In this document: positions 11,341-22,744 of the stretch, piece after piece
Position numbering within the stretch: the stretch's first letter is position 1
Layout of the letters: each line of letters opens with the position of its first letter
Source of the DNA: Calcarisporiella thermophila CBS 279.70
Lineage: Eukaryota > Fungi > Calcarisporiellomycota
DNA length: 37,050 nucleotides
Reading direction: 5' to 3'
Assembly (NCBI RefSeq): GCF_041956535.1
Contig: NW_027192234.1
Location: 7,376 to 44,425 of the forward strand
Position numbers and translations under genes: made by a program
The notes under the pieces: generated by a model
Database searches by the model: none
What the model was told of the DNA's origin: nothing
The model's input: the letters and a program-made list of their open reading frames with translations, nothing else

Positions 11341-12044
11341 GCTGGATGATAGAAAGAGGATGCGGGAAAGAGGGGCCGCTGGGGATGGCAGAATATACAC
11401 GCGGCGAAAACAGGGTTTATTTTGCTCCCCCACCTTTCAAAAATATTGGGGGAGCAGCGGATTCATGCATTGCGTTGAAATAGGCTTCGTGTGGGCCAAA
11501 AAGAAAGTCTAAAAGAATTCTCGATGTGGCTATCCGCCGGATTTCCCCCGAGTATCCCAGTCGAGCTTTGACGGCCGAAATGTCAACCGAAGCCTAAAGT
11601 GTAAACAGAAGGGACTGAGCGGAAAAGCAGAAGAACAAGCGCTCCTTCCATTTTACACACCAATAGGCCGGATCCCAAGCGAAAAGCCCTCCCTGCCAAT
11701 AGTCTGCCCACGCCGTCGGAATCATTGGTAGCCACAAAGGGAGGGGAAGGACGGGGGAAGCAAAGGAATTGGCATGCCGGAACGTGAATGGTTCCATCCG
11801 GGTCTTATATTTGGAAGGAAAGGAAAAGGAACCGGCACACCTCACCGGCGGGGTCTCAAGGAGTTCGAACCGGATCTGGGGAGCCGTATAAAGAGCTGGC
11901 CGAAATGCTGTCACGCCCGGTGCTTTGGACCCTCAATAACCCACAAACAACAGCCATAGTCCCCCTCTCCTCCATCGAATCCCCTCCCTCTTCCCCTCCG
12001 TGCTTCTTGCCTCGCCTTCCTCCTTCCTCTCCCCTCGAGACAGC

Positions 12045-13625
12045 ATGTACACCTTCTTGTTTGTGGTTGGACTGGTCGTGTCCATCGCCGATGCCTTTGG
12101 GATTGGGGCCAACGATGTCGCTAACTCCTTCTCCACCTCGGTCGGCTCTCGATCCATCACTCTTGCGCAGGCGTGCGTCATTGCCCTCTTCACCGAGTTC
12201 ACCGGTGCGGTGCTGCTAGGCGCCGGGGTAGCCGACACTATCAAGGGCAACATTATCAAGTATACCGACTACACGGACGAGCCCGGCATTCTCATGCTGG
12301 GCATGGTGACGAGTATGATTGGGTCCTCGTCATGGGTCCTGATTGCCTCCAACTTCGGGTGGCCCGTCTCAACCACGCATACCATTGTTGGAGCCATTAT
12401 CGGCTTTGGCATTGCCGCGCGCGGCCCCTCCTCCGTCGACTGGTCCTACAGTGGCCTCGGCAAGATCATCTCGTCGTGGTTCATCTCACCTGTCGCGGCC
12501 GGGATTGTGGCCGCCCTGATCTTCGGCCTGACTCGGTTCTTCGTGCTGCGTCACTCCGATTCTCTGCGCCGCGGCCTTATTGCCATCCCCATCTACTTTG
12601 GAATCACCATGGCCATCAACATCTTCTACATCATCTTCAACGGTGCGCCCGGGCTCAAGCTCGACCAGAAGCCCATCGAGATGGTGGTGGGCATCACGGT
12701 CGGAATTGCCCTGCTGGTCTCCCTGTTCGGCTGGTTCTTCTACTCCCATTGGCTTCGGCGCCGCCTCGTCTACAACGAGCAGACGCGATGGTACCACATT
12801 TTCGTGTCGCCCTTCCTCGGCCCGTTGCCCAAGGTCCCCGAGGGTCAAGAGGCCGTCGATTTGCAGCAGAGCCACCGCACCCCGGCCATCGAGGATGACG
12901 GGGAGAAGTCCTCGGCCAAGGCGGGGCCCGAGGAATCCGACATGCCCCTGCCCGCCACCGCGCGGCCCGCGAAGAAGACGATGATGACCACGTTGGTCGG
13001 ATATGCCTTGAGCGGGGTGCGGCAGAACGTCGCCGACCACAACGCCCACCTCCACAAGGAGATGCACGAGGGCGCGGTCAAGTTCGATGACAAGACCGAA
13101 TACCTCTACTCTTTCCTCCAGGTGCTCACGGCGGCCTTTGCCTCGTTTGCCCACGGCTCCAACGACGTCGCCAACGCCATCGGCCCGATGAGCACGGTCT
13201 ACTTCATCTGGTCCAACAATGTGGTTCCCGATGCCAAGGTGTCGGTCCCCCTCTGGATCCTGGTGATGGGCGGCGCGGCCATCGATCTCGGGCTGATCAC
13301 CATGGGCTACAAGGTGATGCGGTCCCTCGGCAACAATCTGACCTACCACTCGCCCTCCCGAGGGTTCTCGATGGAGCTGGGCACCTCGCTCACCGTGCTG
13401 ACTTTCTCCAAGCTCTCTCTCCCGGTCTCCACCACCCACTGCATCACCGGGGCCACCACCGCGGTGGGGCTCATGAATGGGCAGGGGTGGCGGTCGCTCA
13501 ACTGGAAAATGCTGGGGTGGTGCTTCGGCTCCTGGCTGCTCACCCTTCCGATTGCCGGCGCGGTGTCCGGACTGATCTTTGCATTTGTGGCCAACTCGCC
13601 CAAGCTCCTGAGCGCTAGCCCTTAG
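12045..13625 (+). CDS. PHO89: PiT-family Na+/phosphate symporter (Pho89-like), apparently intronless
   Basis: Motifs GIGANDVANSF, GWPVSTTH, HGSNDVANAIGP, SPSRGFSMELG and LPVSTTHC. ATG at 12045; TATAAA at ~11887. Confidence 0.95.
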   Translation: MYTFLFVVGLVVSIADAFGIGANDVANSFSTSVGSRSITLAQACVIALFTEFTGAVLLGAGVADTIKGNIIKYTDYTDEPGILMLGMVTSMIGSSSWVLIASNFGWPVSTTHTIVGAIIGFGIAARGPSSVDWSYSGLGKIISSWFISPVAAGIVAALIFGLTRFFVLRHSDSLRRGLIAIPIYFGITMAINIFYIIFNGAPGLKLDQKPIEMVVGITVGIALLVSLFGWFFYSHWLRRRLVYNEQTRWYHIFVSPFLGPLPKVPEGQEAVDLQQSHRTPAIEDDGEKSSAKAGPEESDMPLPATARPAKKTMMTTLVGYALSGVRQNVADHNAHLHKEMHEGAVKFDDKTEYLYSFLQVLTAAFASFAHGSNDVANAIGPMSTVYFIWSNNVVPDAKVSVPLWILVMGGAAIDLGLITMGYKVMRSLGNNLTYHSPSRGFSMELGTSLTVLTFSKLSLPVSTTHCITGATTAVGLMNGQGWRSLNWKMLGWCFGSWLLTLPIAGAVSGLIFAFVANSPKLLSASP

Positions 13626-15020
13626 ATTCCTTGTATAGTCAGCATTTCATCTTATTCCCATGGCCTCTGCCTTGACCATGCACATGTGTATACTCCTTCT
13701 CCTACATGTTTATTCTGCTCTGCTTATTTATTTATTTATTTACTTATTTATTTACTTTTTTACCCCGTTATTCTTTTATATCTTTTATGTCTTGCCTTTT
13801 TTTTTCCCCTGTTTTCCTGCCCTCGCTTCATACTTTCTTCTGATCAGCTCCACTCACCAAAATAGACTGTTTTTTCCACCCTCGTCCCATAAACCATGCT
13901 CTTCTTACTCAGCGTTGGCTCTCCTCCTGGTTTGTGGGCTAGATTCTTCCTCTCCCTCTCCCTCTCTCTTGGCCCTTCTCCACCACAAGCTACCCTTGTT
14001 TGGAAGCGGTAGGAGGTTACTGAATTCCACCTTATGTTTAAGGAGGATATGCATGGGGTTCAAGAGTGGGCTTAGTGGGAAGAATTGAGGCGGGGGGGAG
14101 AAAGCCATTGGGTTGAACAGAATGGCTTGAGCGGTTTAATTAAAGTAGCCCTTGCGAAATGATTCTTTTATAGACATGGCGGGGCTGAGGACACCCACGC
14201 ATCATTCTTGGCCGAGAATAAGGAGAGGCTGCCCTCGGCTAGCTAACGAATGAAACATGTTCTGGGAGGTAGGACGATGTCCTGCGCTTACGACTGCATC
14301 TTTATGCTGGCTCCAACCTCTCATCAGGTCGATCTATAGCTTAATTAAGCTTCCCAAACACGGTTAGCCAGTAGGAGCTCTGTTGAGGGCAGCTGCGCGG
14401 CCCCCACATGCTCGACGTCGCAGACCGCCGTCACCGCCGTCCTCTGGGCTCCAGGCCGAACCACGGCAAGGGCAGAGCCGCCCGCCTTGGTGCGCCTCCC
14501 TCAAACCCCCTGTCTTGCTACCTGCGGCCACTGGACGGCGCTTGGCAGAGGAAGAGAGGCTCGATTAAAAAAAGTTACCGGCCCAATGGCGGTTGAATGA
14601 AATGATTGATTTACGGTGTCTCAAGCCACGCTGACACAAAATCGATCGCCCGGCCAGTGGGGGCGCGATCTGACAAGTGTGGAGAGATGGCCTCGAAACA
14701 TGATATATATAGAGGGAACGTAAGGAAGCGCGAGTGTGCAGGAAAATAAAAAGCAATAATAAAGCGCAATAACGACCCATTTAAAGCAGGTCAGCCGATA
14801 GGAGAGTCTTCAAGTGCCCCCCATATATACGCTAATCCTAGATTGCCTTGGATCAGGTTGAATTAGGTCGCGATTCTCATTCACAATCCGAATACACCAG
14901 CACATATTTGAGGTGAGTGGGGCTGCGACGGTGAGAGAGAGAGAAAGAGAGGCGTGGTCCCTCATGGCAAGCTCCCCCATTAACCTTTGGTATTCTCCTT
15001 GTAACCTCTAGTTTTTCGCC

Positions 15021-17225
15021 ATGTCTGAAATCGACGAGGATAAAATCAGGGCCAAGGCCGATTCTGGGTCTGACGATGGCATGCAAGCCGAGAAGCTGGG
15101 TGTCTCGACAACAGAGCAGGCGGGCGCAGGTAATCTCTCGCGAAGCCAACGCATTTTAAGGCGCCTCTTTTCCCGCAAAAGCATGGAGCGCCTGCGTGAG
15201 GATGCCGGCGAGCATACGAATGTGCTGCGGAGGGACTTGAGTGCATTCGACTTGACATTCGTGGGGATCGGTGCCATTATTGGGACGGGTATCTTCGTGT
15301 TGAGCGGTTAGTACTAGAGCACTGGCGAAAGTGCATTCGTGGCTCAGTGAAGCAAGGCAACTCCCATATTAACTCTACTCTTTCATTATCGCAATAGGGG
15401 TTGCGGCGGCTGCCAATGCAGGGCCAGCCATCATCGTAAGATTTTGTTTCTGGCCTCCCCTCCCCTTGGGATAGGTTGCCGGTGCGCCGTGTTCCTGACC
15501 CTATTAATCCGCTTCTTCAGGTCTCGTTTGTGATTGCCGCGGTGGCCTCAGGGCTTGCCGCCATGAGTTACTCAGAGCTGGCTTCGATGATCCCTGTTGC
15601 CGGCAGCGCGTATACCTATAGCTATGCGACGCTTGGGGAGTTCATCGCGTGGATCATAGGGTGGGATTTGATGGTGGAGTATTTGTTTGGAGCAGCGGCG
15701 GTCTCGGTCGGATGGTCCCACTACTTCGTTTCCTTTTTGCAGGTGTGCGGGGCTCAGGTGAGTCGGCTACTCAACCCTTCCCTCTGCCTCGAGCGGCACC
15801 GAAATCTCATTCTCTCTTCTTCCCCGATGCTCTCCATGTTTGAAAGGTGGATGAGAGGTTCACCAGCCCCCCCGTCATCTGGGACGAGGCCAACTTAGCG
15901 TTTCGCGTGTCCGGAGCCTATCTCAACCTCCCCGGGATATTGGTTGTTTTCGGCCTCACCGTCATTTTAATGCTCGGAATTCGTGAGAGCAAGTTCACGA
16001 ACAACATTATTGTCGCCATCAAAGTGTTTGTCGTGGTTTTGTTTATCCTTGCCGCAGCCAAGTTCGTGGACACCAGCAACCTCCAGCCATTCGTCCCCGA
16101 AAATAAAGGTGACGACTGGAGGCATTTCGGTAACTTACAATCTTTTGCGCTTTTGCCGCAACCCCTCTGTGGGCCATAGATAGATTCACCTTTGACCCTT
16201 CGAATAGGTGTCTCCGGTATATTTGCGGGGGCCCAGACCGTCTTCTTCGCATACATCGGGTTCGATGCAGTGACGACGGCTGCCCAGGAAGCGAAGCGGG
16301 TAAGCACCCTAGGCCCAAGTAGTTTTAGAGGTTTTTTTTTTTTTAATTCCCACTCTATGTGCTGCAGCCCCAACGCGATCTTCCCATCGGTATCATTCTT
16401 TCCCTGGTGATATGTACGGTGCTCTACATCGTGACCGCCTTCGTCATGAACGGCGTGGTCCCCTACTACAAATACCTTGACGATCCGTCCCCCATCGCCA
16501 CTGCCACGCGGGCAACCGGCATGACGTGGCTCACCATTATTGTCTCTTTGGGTGCCATCTTTGGTCTAACCTCCGTGATGCTCATCATGCTGCTTGGGCA
16601 GACCCGTGTTTTTTATGCCATGGCGCACGATGGGCTCCTCCCATCCCCCTTCGCCCGTGTTCACCCCAAATTCCGCACCCCGTGGCTCCCAACCATCGTG
16701 TGCGGAGTGGTGTCTGCTCTGCTTGGCGGCTTTCTGCCAGTCACGCTGCTGAGTAACATGACCTCGGTGGGGACCCTGCTTGCGGTAATCTATCGAGCAC
16801 TCTCGGGTTGATTTTGATATCTCTTTCACTCATCCTGCCATCTGCGGACACATAGTTCCTCCTCGTCCATATAGGTATCATCATCCTTCGATTTACCTGT
16901 CCGGATGTTCCTCGTGCATTCAAAATTCCCGGCGCTTACGGCATCTGGATGCTCTTCCCCATCCTGGGGGTGGCAGTCTCGCTGGTGCTGATAGTGATTG
17001 CGGATCGTGCTACGGTAATGAGACTGTGGATAGACACATAACTGGCTTCTTATCTGACCCATGGGCCTTTACTATTTACTTTGTTAGCTCTATCGTGTTG
17101 CGATTTGGCTCGGCATCGGTGTGATTGTGTACGGATTTTATGGATATCACCACAGTCGCATCCATAACCCTGAGCATGATCAAAAATTGCACGACATCGA
17201 CTCGCAGGTCCGTCCTGCTCTCTGA
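15021..17225 (+). CDS. APC-superfamily cationic amino-acid permease (CAT/SLC7-like), about 7 introns
   Basis: Motifs GIGAIIGTGIFVLSG, AGPAII, YSELASMIPVAGSAYTYSY, FFAYIGFDAV, PQRDLPIGI and RVFYAMAHDGLLP are spread over ORF pieces separated by GT-AG introns. Stop TGA at 17223-17225. Confidence 0.92.
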
Positions 17226-17349
17226 ACTAGGTCGGAAAAAAAAAAGCCGGATTCCATTGCTCCTACAGTGCCATTACCTACTAGCTCAAAGCGTCTGCTC
17301 TCCCTTCTTATATATGGTTTAAATTATCACGCAGTTACTATAAATTGGC

Positions 17350-17688
17350 CTAATATTGGTAGATATTGTAACTTAATTTTTCTGTCATTGTTTTTCCTGT
17401 TTTGGCAATCGTCTTGGGTACGAGGTGGTAAGGAATAGAGATCATTCTACTGGAGACTTCGATTCGAAAGGCGTTCAAAGTTGCGATTTGCTTGCTGTCT
17501 AGGATAATGGTGCAATAAACAGTGCTCTTTTTGTAACAGGGTCTGGGCGAGTTAAGCAAAACCTCACTAACAGTTCTCAACCCAAATCTTGAAGCCGCTC
17601 TAGCTTCTTCTTGCACAACGAGCCTCCAGTCCAGATCCTGGTCCGTGAAATAAAGCGGCCAAGGGAACGCATTCCAAGACATTTCCAT
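17350..17688 (-). CDS. Possible small hypothetical protein (112 aa)
   Basis: ATG-initiated ORF that fills the gap between two genes, with protein-like composition and weak by-eye resemblance to GSKIP-type domains. Confidence 0.25.
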   Translation of the reverse strand: MEMSWNAFPWPLYFTDQDLDWRLVVQEEARAASRFGLRTVSEVLLNSPRPCYKKSTVYCTIILDSKQIATLNAFRIEVSSRMISIPYHLVPKTIAKTGKTMTEKLSYNIYQY

Positions 17689-18034
17689 GGGAATGGAAGC
17701 TTATTCCTGTAAATGCCTTGTTACGCAGTTGTTGCAGCTCGTAAATCAAGGCGCGTACAAGCGTGTATTGTATTATGAATTATCGTTGAATATCGGAGGG
17801 AATTCGGTGGCAAATGTGGCTGATCTCCATGGGCGTTAAAGACATTTCAAATTGAGAGCATGCTTCGTTTTAGCCTCATATTCAACTGCGTTTCCGATGA
17901 ACATTATCCGTTTGGCCTGGAAGTGTTCTCCCCTCTTCCTACAAGAAAAACCATCCCCCATCTATTTTGATCCTTTTCCTCTTTCCGTCTTTGTTCAATC
18001 TAGCTAAGCTTCACCCCATTCAGCAAGATATTCA

Positions 18035-21000
18035 ATGGCAAAGGTGGGCGATGACGGGGTTCGTATTATTTTTAGGCAAAACAAAGAAATAAATGAAAGT
18101 CTTACCGCCTAATGCTGCTGCCTTATCATCTTAGGGCACTCTACCTGATCAGCTTGTTGCCAAAGATGAAGCTACATCCCAGCCAAACAGTGGCTCCTTC
18201 GGCGATCCTCACGACAATGACCTACCTGTGAATAAAGAAGGTAGCCTTAACCCTCGTCCTCTGTCGTCGCGTTTTTACACTCATCCTTATAATCAGAAAA
18301 GGTAATCTTCTACGACATGGTATCCCTAGGCCTTGTGATTACTTAGCCAATCTCTTACATAGACCATCCCATGAAAACTCTGTCACATTTTCCGAGCAGC
18401 CTAGAAGTGAAGCAAGCTCTATGTCCGGTTCACGCATAATGCGTAGACGCCAATCAGGGGATAGCTTTCATACTGCTCTCACGGATCTCTCTGTATATAT
18501 GACACCGGATGAAGAGCCGGATGAATTCTTCGTTCCCAATTACGCGGAAACTTATTTTCCACGCGCTATCTCGGTGCGCTCACATTCATATGCTTCTTCA
18601 CCTGCTTTAAGGGGGAGCTCGAGAGGAGTACGGCCCGTGCGGCTCAATGAGAAGCGGAATAATACTAGCGACTCGCCTGGTCGATCGAGTAGCATCACTC
18701 CTCGATCCGTGAAATCCTGCTACCCATCTCTGTCGCTTACCCCAATGGAATCGTCATCTCCCCCAAATGGGTCCGTTTCTTCGGAACCGGAGAGAGAAGA
18801 TCATCCGGAAACAGCCCCCTCTTCGCATGAAGAGTCTAGTAGCGCAAAGCAAGAGCCAAAGGGAGAAGTGTTTTCTCAAAACGACTTTTCTGAAGAGACT
18901 TCTCCAGACAATCCCGTCGTACCCCTTCTGGTGCCCTTTCCGCTAGCACTAAATATTACGGGGGAGCATGCTGTTATCAGACGAGAGTTTTTGCTATGTC
19001 GTATTGAGTGGTCTGAGATGGCTGGTGTGCCAAGCTTCTACAATAAACGAGACGCAAAAAGACAGCAGCGGCGGTCGCAGGGATGGAGGGAATATGATGT
19101 GGTTCTTCACCCGAAAAATCTAATCCTATACAAGAGACAGGTAACGGTTTGGTTGTCCACCATTGTCGGCCGACTCATCCACCTTTCTAACGCTGTTCTC
19201 ATCCTTTGCCGGTGTCTAGACGAGGGTGAAATACCAAATCTCATTAACAAATCCAGCTCCTCGGCTGTCTCTTTTTTCCCCGCTCGACAAATCGATCAAG
19301 CTTGTGCTGGACGAGGAGGGGTTCGAAAAGATATTTGTCCTTAAAGCCCAAACCCAATCTCAGAACCGTGATTGGTACCTGGCCTTGCATCGGCTTCTCC
19401 CTCCGACACAGCGGCCCTCTCTACCCGAGTGCCTTGACGTGGCGGTTCCAGAGCTGGATGTCCATGTCCGAATTCCACTTCATCTCAACCATGAGATCCA
19501 GCAGGGGACTGCGAACATGACGGCACGTGCCGTCATTTCCTGCATTTGGCAAGTTCTAAAACGAGAAATAGTGTGGTCAGAGGTGCTGGCCCGGTGGCGT
19601 TTCAAGGATTTATCTTTGTGTTGGAAACGGTGCGGCCGGTTGGAGTGGATTGGATGGGACCTGAGCGTGGATGGCATGGGGCGTGGAGATTTCGTGCTGG
19701 GCCCGGAAATCTACGAAAGGACGCACCAACTTGAAATGCGACTCCGGACTCACTATCCCAGTTGGGTTGATACTCCCCAGCTGGAGGGCAGCGCTGGGGA
19801 TGAGGCCGGCCGAATCAACGAGCCACCTGCTATTGAGGGATTTCTGACCCGGCAGACCACTCGATTGGGAAAGAAGGTCAAGAAACTCAAAAGGCACTAC
19901 TTCATGACCAGCGAGCACCTTCTATTCTTTCTCCCCATGTCAAAGGCGGTGCTTCCAGGAAAACCCGACTCCAGCAGCACAAACATTAGCATTAAAATGG
20001 AGACTACCGTGCATACCATAGAACCGCACCAGGAGGCTTCCTTGCAGAATGGGCGGGCGTATTTCTTGCAAGAGCAGGTGGAGCGAAGAGCTAGCCTTTT
20101 GTCGGAGAGTGTAGGAGTGGTTGATCTGCTGCAGGTGGAGAGCGTGAGAATGGGCATGGAGAACAATGCGGCGAAACGGAGGGGGAAAGCGCACGGAAAT
20201 AAAAGCAAAAATGCACCCAATCTACAGCCCAAAGTCACGCAAGGTGAAGGGAGTAGTCAAGCGCAGGCAGACAATGCTTCTCGCGAGCCTAGCTTAAAGG
20301 ACGCACCACCTAGGGAGGAGAGCCCTGTCTTTTCGCTTCATTTTAACAATGGCTCCTCAATGCAGCTGCGAGAATCCTCCAAAGCTATGGCGGAAGAGTG
20401 GGTCAGCCGTCTGAACGACCTCGTCTTGTATTGGCGTAAGCGCCGACAAATGGATATTACTGCACGCGCGCGATTGCAGCGGCTAAACCAAGCTCGCCAA
20501 TTTGCGAACAGAGAGGGAGAGGCTGGTTGTGCAAAGGACTATGAGAATGAAGAAGGTGAGCGCGATGTTCAAGAAGATGAAGAATGGAGTCATAACCGCT
20601 CCATAAGTGATCCGGAAATATGGCACTGGTGTGTCATCGATGGATGCCGCTCATTGACCGTAAGTTTTCCATGCCCAGGAAATGGTCTCCATCCCCTTTT
20701 GCTTACTCTTTTCTTTCTCCTGGCGATTCTACTTGCCCTTCCGCTAGAAATTTGGCATTCTCTATCTCAAGTTCAAGCCACGCGCCACCTACCAGCGTCG
20801 CCTCGTGGTCCTCACCCCCCGGGGATTCCTTACCACCTTTGGGATCTACGCCCGCAATTACTTTGGCCGCGCTCTGCCTACCACTTTTCATGATCGCCGT
20901 GAAACGATCCCTCTTGCCGGCAGCCATGTGTACACGGGCCACTTTGCGCAAGAGGATGATCCCGCCGCAAATGCTGGCAAATTCCTGCCTCGCATTTTCG

Positions 21001-21311
21001 CCGATGGGGTTATCTCGCTTGATGACGAGGAGAAGTGCATGTTTTGTATTGCTCTACTTCCAGCAGTTTCGCGTTTCTCCGCGCTCATTCCATTCCTTCA
21101 GTTCGGAGAGAAGAAAAGTGGGCCTACCACCTTCTCCAGCGAGAGAAGCAAACACAAGAGTACAAGGCTAAAAGGGCGGATCTATTTTAAGGCACGATCC
21201 CAGTTAGAGCGTGACGAGTGGGTTGTTGCCATTTCGTCCGTGATAGAGCGAATAGCAAGGTGGGAGGGAAAGCTCGAACGCGAATGGCAGCAGCAGCGGC
21301 GGCAGCCTTGA
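18035..21311 (+). CDS. SPO71: Spo71/Mug56-like multi-PH-domain sporulation protein (5' exons approximate)
   Basis: Motifs WREYDVVL, RLEW, HQLEMRLRTHYP, EPPAIEGFL, WHWCVIDGCRS and FKARSQLERDEWV are characteristic of the family. Introns at about 19141-19219 and 20660-20747 join the three large ORFs. Confidence 0.8.
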
Positions 21312-21947
21312 TCTCCCCTGCACAAGAGAGTGGCTGTTCCACTATCCACATCGTTGTCGTCGATTCTTTAGCTCCTGCAGTTTCCAGATTGGCGTTTTCC
21401 TGTGCCTCCACGTTGACGATATCAACTCTATGTCATTGAAATTGGTGCAGCCTGTTTCCTCGGAGCGCAGTATAGATGTATAGAGTGCCTATGGCCGTAT
21501 ATCCATAGTCAGCGACCGAGACCCTATAAGTGGTTAGAGAGAGCATGTTCTAACATTCCATGATGGATTTCTACATTGAGGCAAAACGTCTTGATGATTT
21601 CTTTTTGTGCATTTCAGAAGGTTTACCCTGTATAACCGAGGGGATAATATCATTATGTAACAATTCAATATCGTGGGAACATGAATGCAGACCAACTTGA
21701 GATGTCTTTTTTATCATAACTTTTAATAAGATTAATGCATCCATCGAGATTGGAGTAGAGCCGATCAGCAGAGCTAACATTATGCCCGGGTGCTCCGCCT
21801 CGATCCGCCTTGGCCCATGAAAATCTTCGATTCAACCGTGCCAAGTGCCATCAGTTTATTACCGTGTAAAAAAGTTTGCTTCTAATGAGACAATTTATTG
21901 AATATGTATGCAGACAATCTAAGAATAAAATAAAAAAAAGGACCGCT

Positions 21948-22463
21948 CTAATACTGGGCCGCCATCTGCTGGCATGATTTTAGAGCATCCAAATAATATT
22001 GACAGACAGACATATCGTTGTTGGTTGCCTCAAGACATTTTGTGAAGGCTTTAGCATCGGCTTCACAGGCAGCCCCTTGCTGCCGAGCTTGCGGGGGCTC
22101 TTGGTATTGCCACTGTGCTGGCTCATATTGCTGCTGGTATGCCGGCTGCTGCGGTTGCTGTTGTTGAGGCTGGGATTGCTGCTCCTGCCCGCTGCCGCTG
22201 AACATGGAGGTGATCCCGTGGCCAATGGTGTGGCCCACAGTAGATCCAACGGCAACCCCTGCAGCGGTGGAGGCCATTTGAGCAAAGAGTCCGGGTTGGC
22301 GTTGCTGAGGTTGAGCAACGGACGGGACCGAGGCTGGAGGGGGATGCATCATCCCAGTTTGCTGCGGTGGGGCAGACTGGTATTGAGGTGGAGGGGCCTG
22401 GCGCATCGTTGAGGCACTGCGAGTTTGTTGACGGGGAGCAGCAGATCGGCGTTGGCGTGGCAT
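21948..22463 (-). CDS. MIX17: Mitochondrial CHCH protein Mix17/CHCHD2-CHCHD10 homolog
   Basis: PGLFAQMASTAAGVAVGSTVGH followed by a twin CX9C motif. ATG at 22463 (MPRQRRS). Confidence 0.95.
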   Translation of the reverse strand: MPRQRRSAAPRQQTRSASTMRQAPPPQYQSAPPQQTGMMHPPPASVPSVAQPQQRQPGLFAQMASTAAGVAVGSTVGHTIGHGITSMFSGSGQEQQSQPQQQQPQQPAYQQQYEPAQWQYQEPPQARQQGAACEADAKAFTKCLEATNNDMSVCQYYLDALKSCQQMAAQY

Positions 22464-22744
22464 GGTGAAAATCAAGATATAATTCGAATAAAGATCAGAA
22501 CAACAAAAAAAAAAGAGCGGATATATAAAAAAAATTACAAGTTCCGAAATGATAAAACAGTAGGGAAAGGCTCGGCACGGAAGAAGTGTTGAGAACGACA
22601 AGTGGCGCAGGTGAATTTCTTTAATCATCCTCGTTTTTTCGTGTTCTATGCAAATTCACCAGTTAGTCAATGGTTTATGAGGAGGGATACGGAGGCTGAT
22701 CTCACGCTTTTTATTCACGCACATACATTAATTCTGCAATAATA

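Noticed and set aside
4904-13603. Many long overlapping or antisense ORFs (e.g. 4904-5530, 12173-12898, 12486-13439)
   Set aside because: Shadow frames of GC3-rich real genes, with no independent motifs.
13660-14088. Hydrophobic 142-aa ORF
   Set aside because: Derived from the T-rich PHO89 3' UTR with a (TTTA)n microsatellite.
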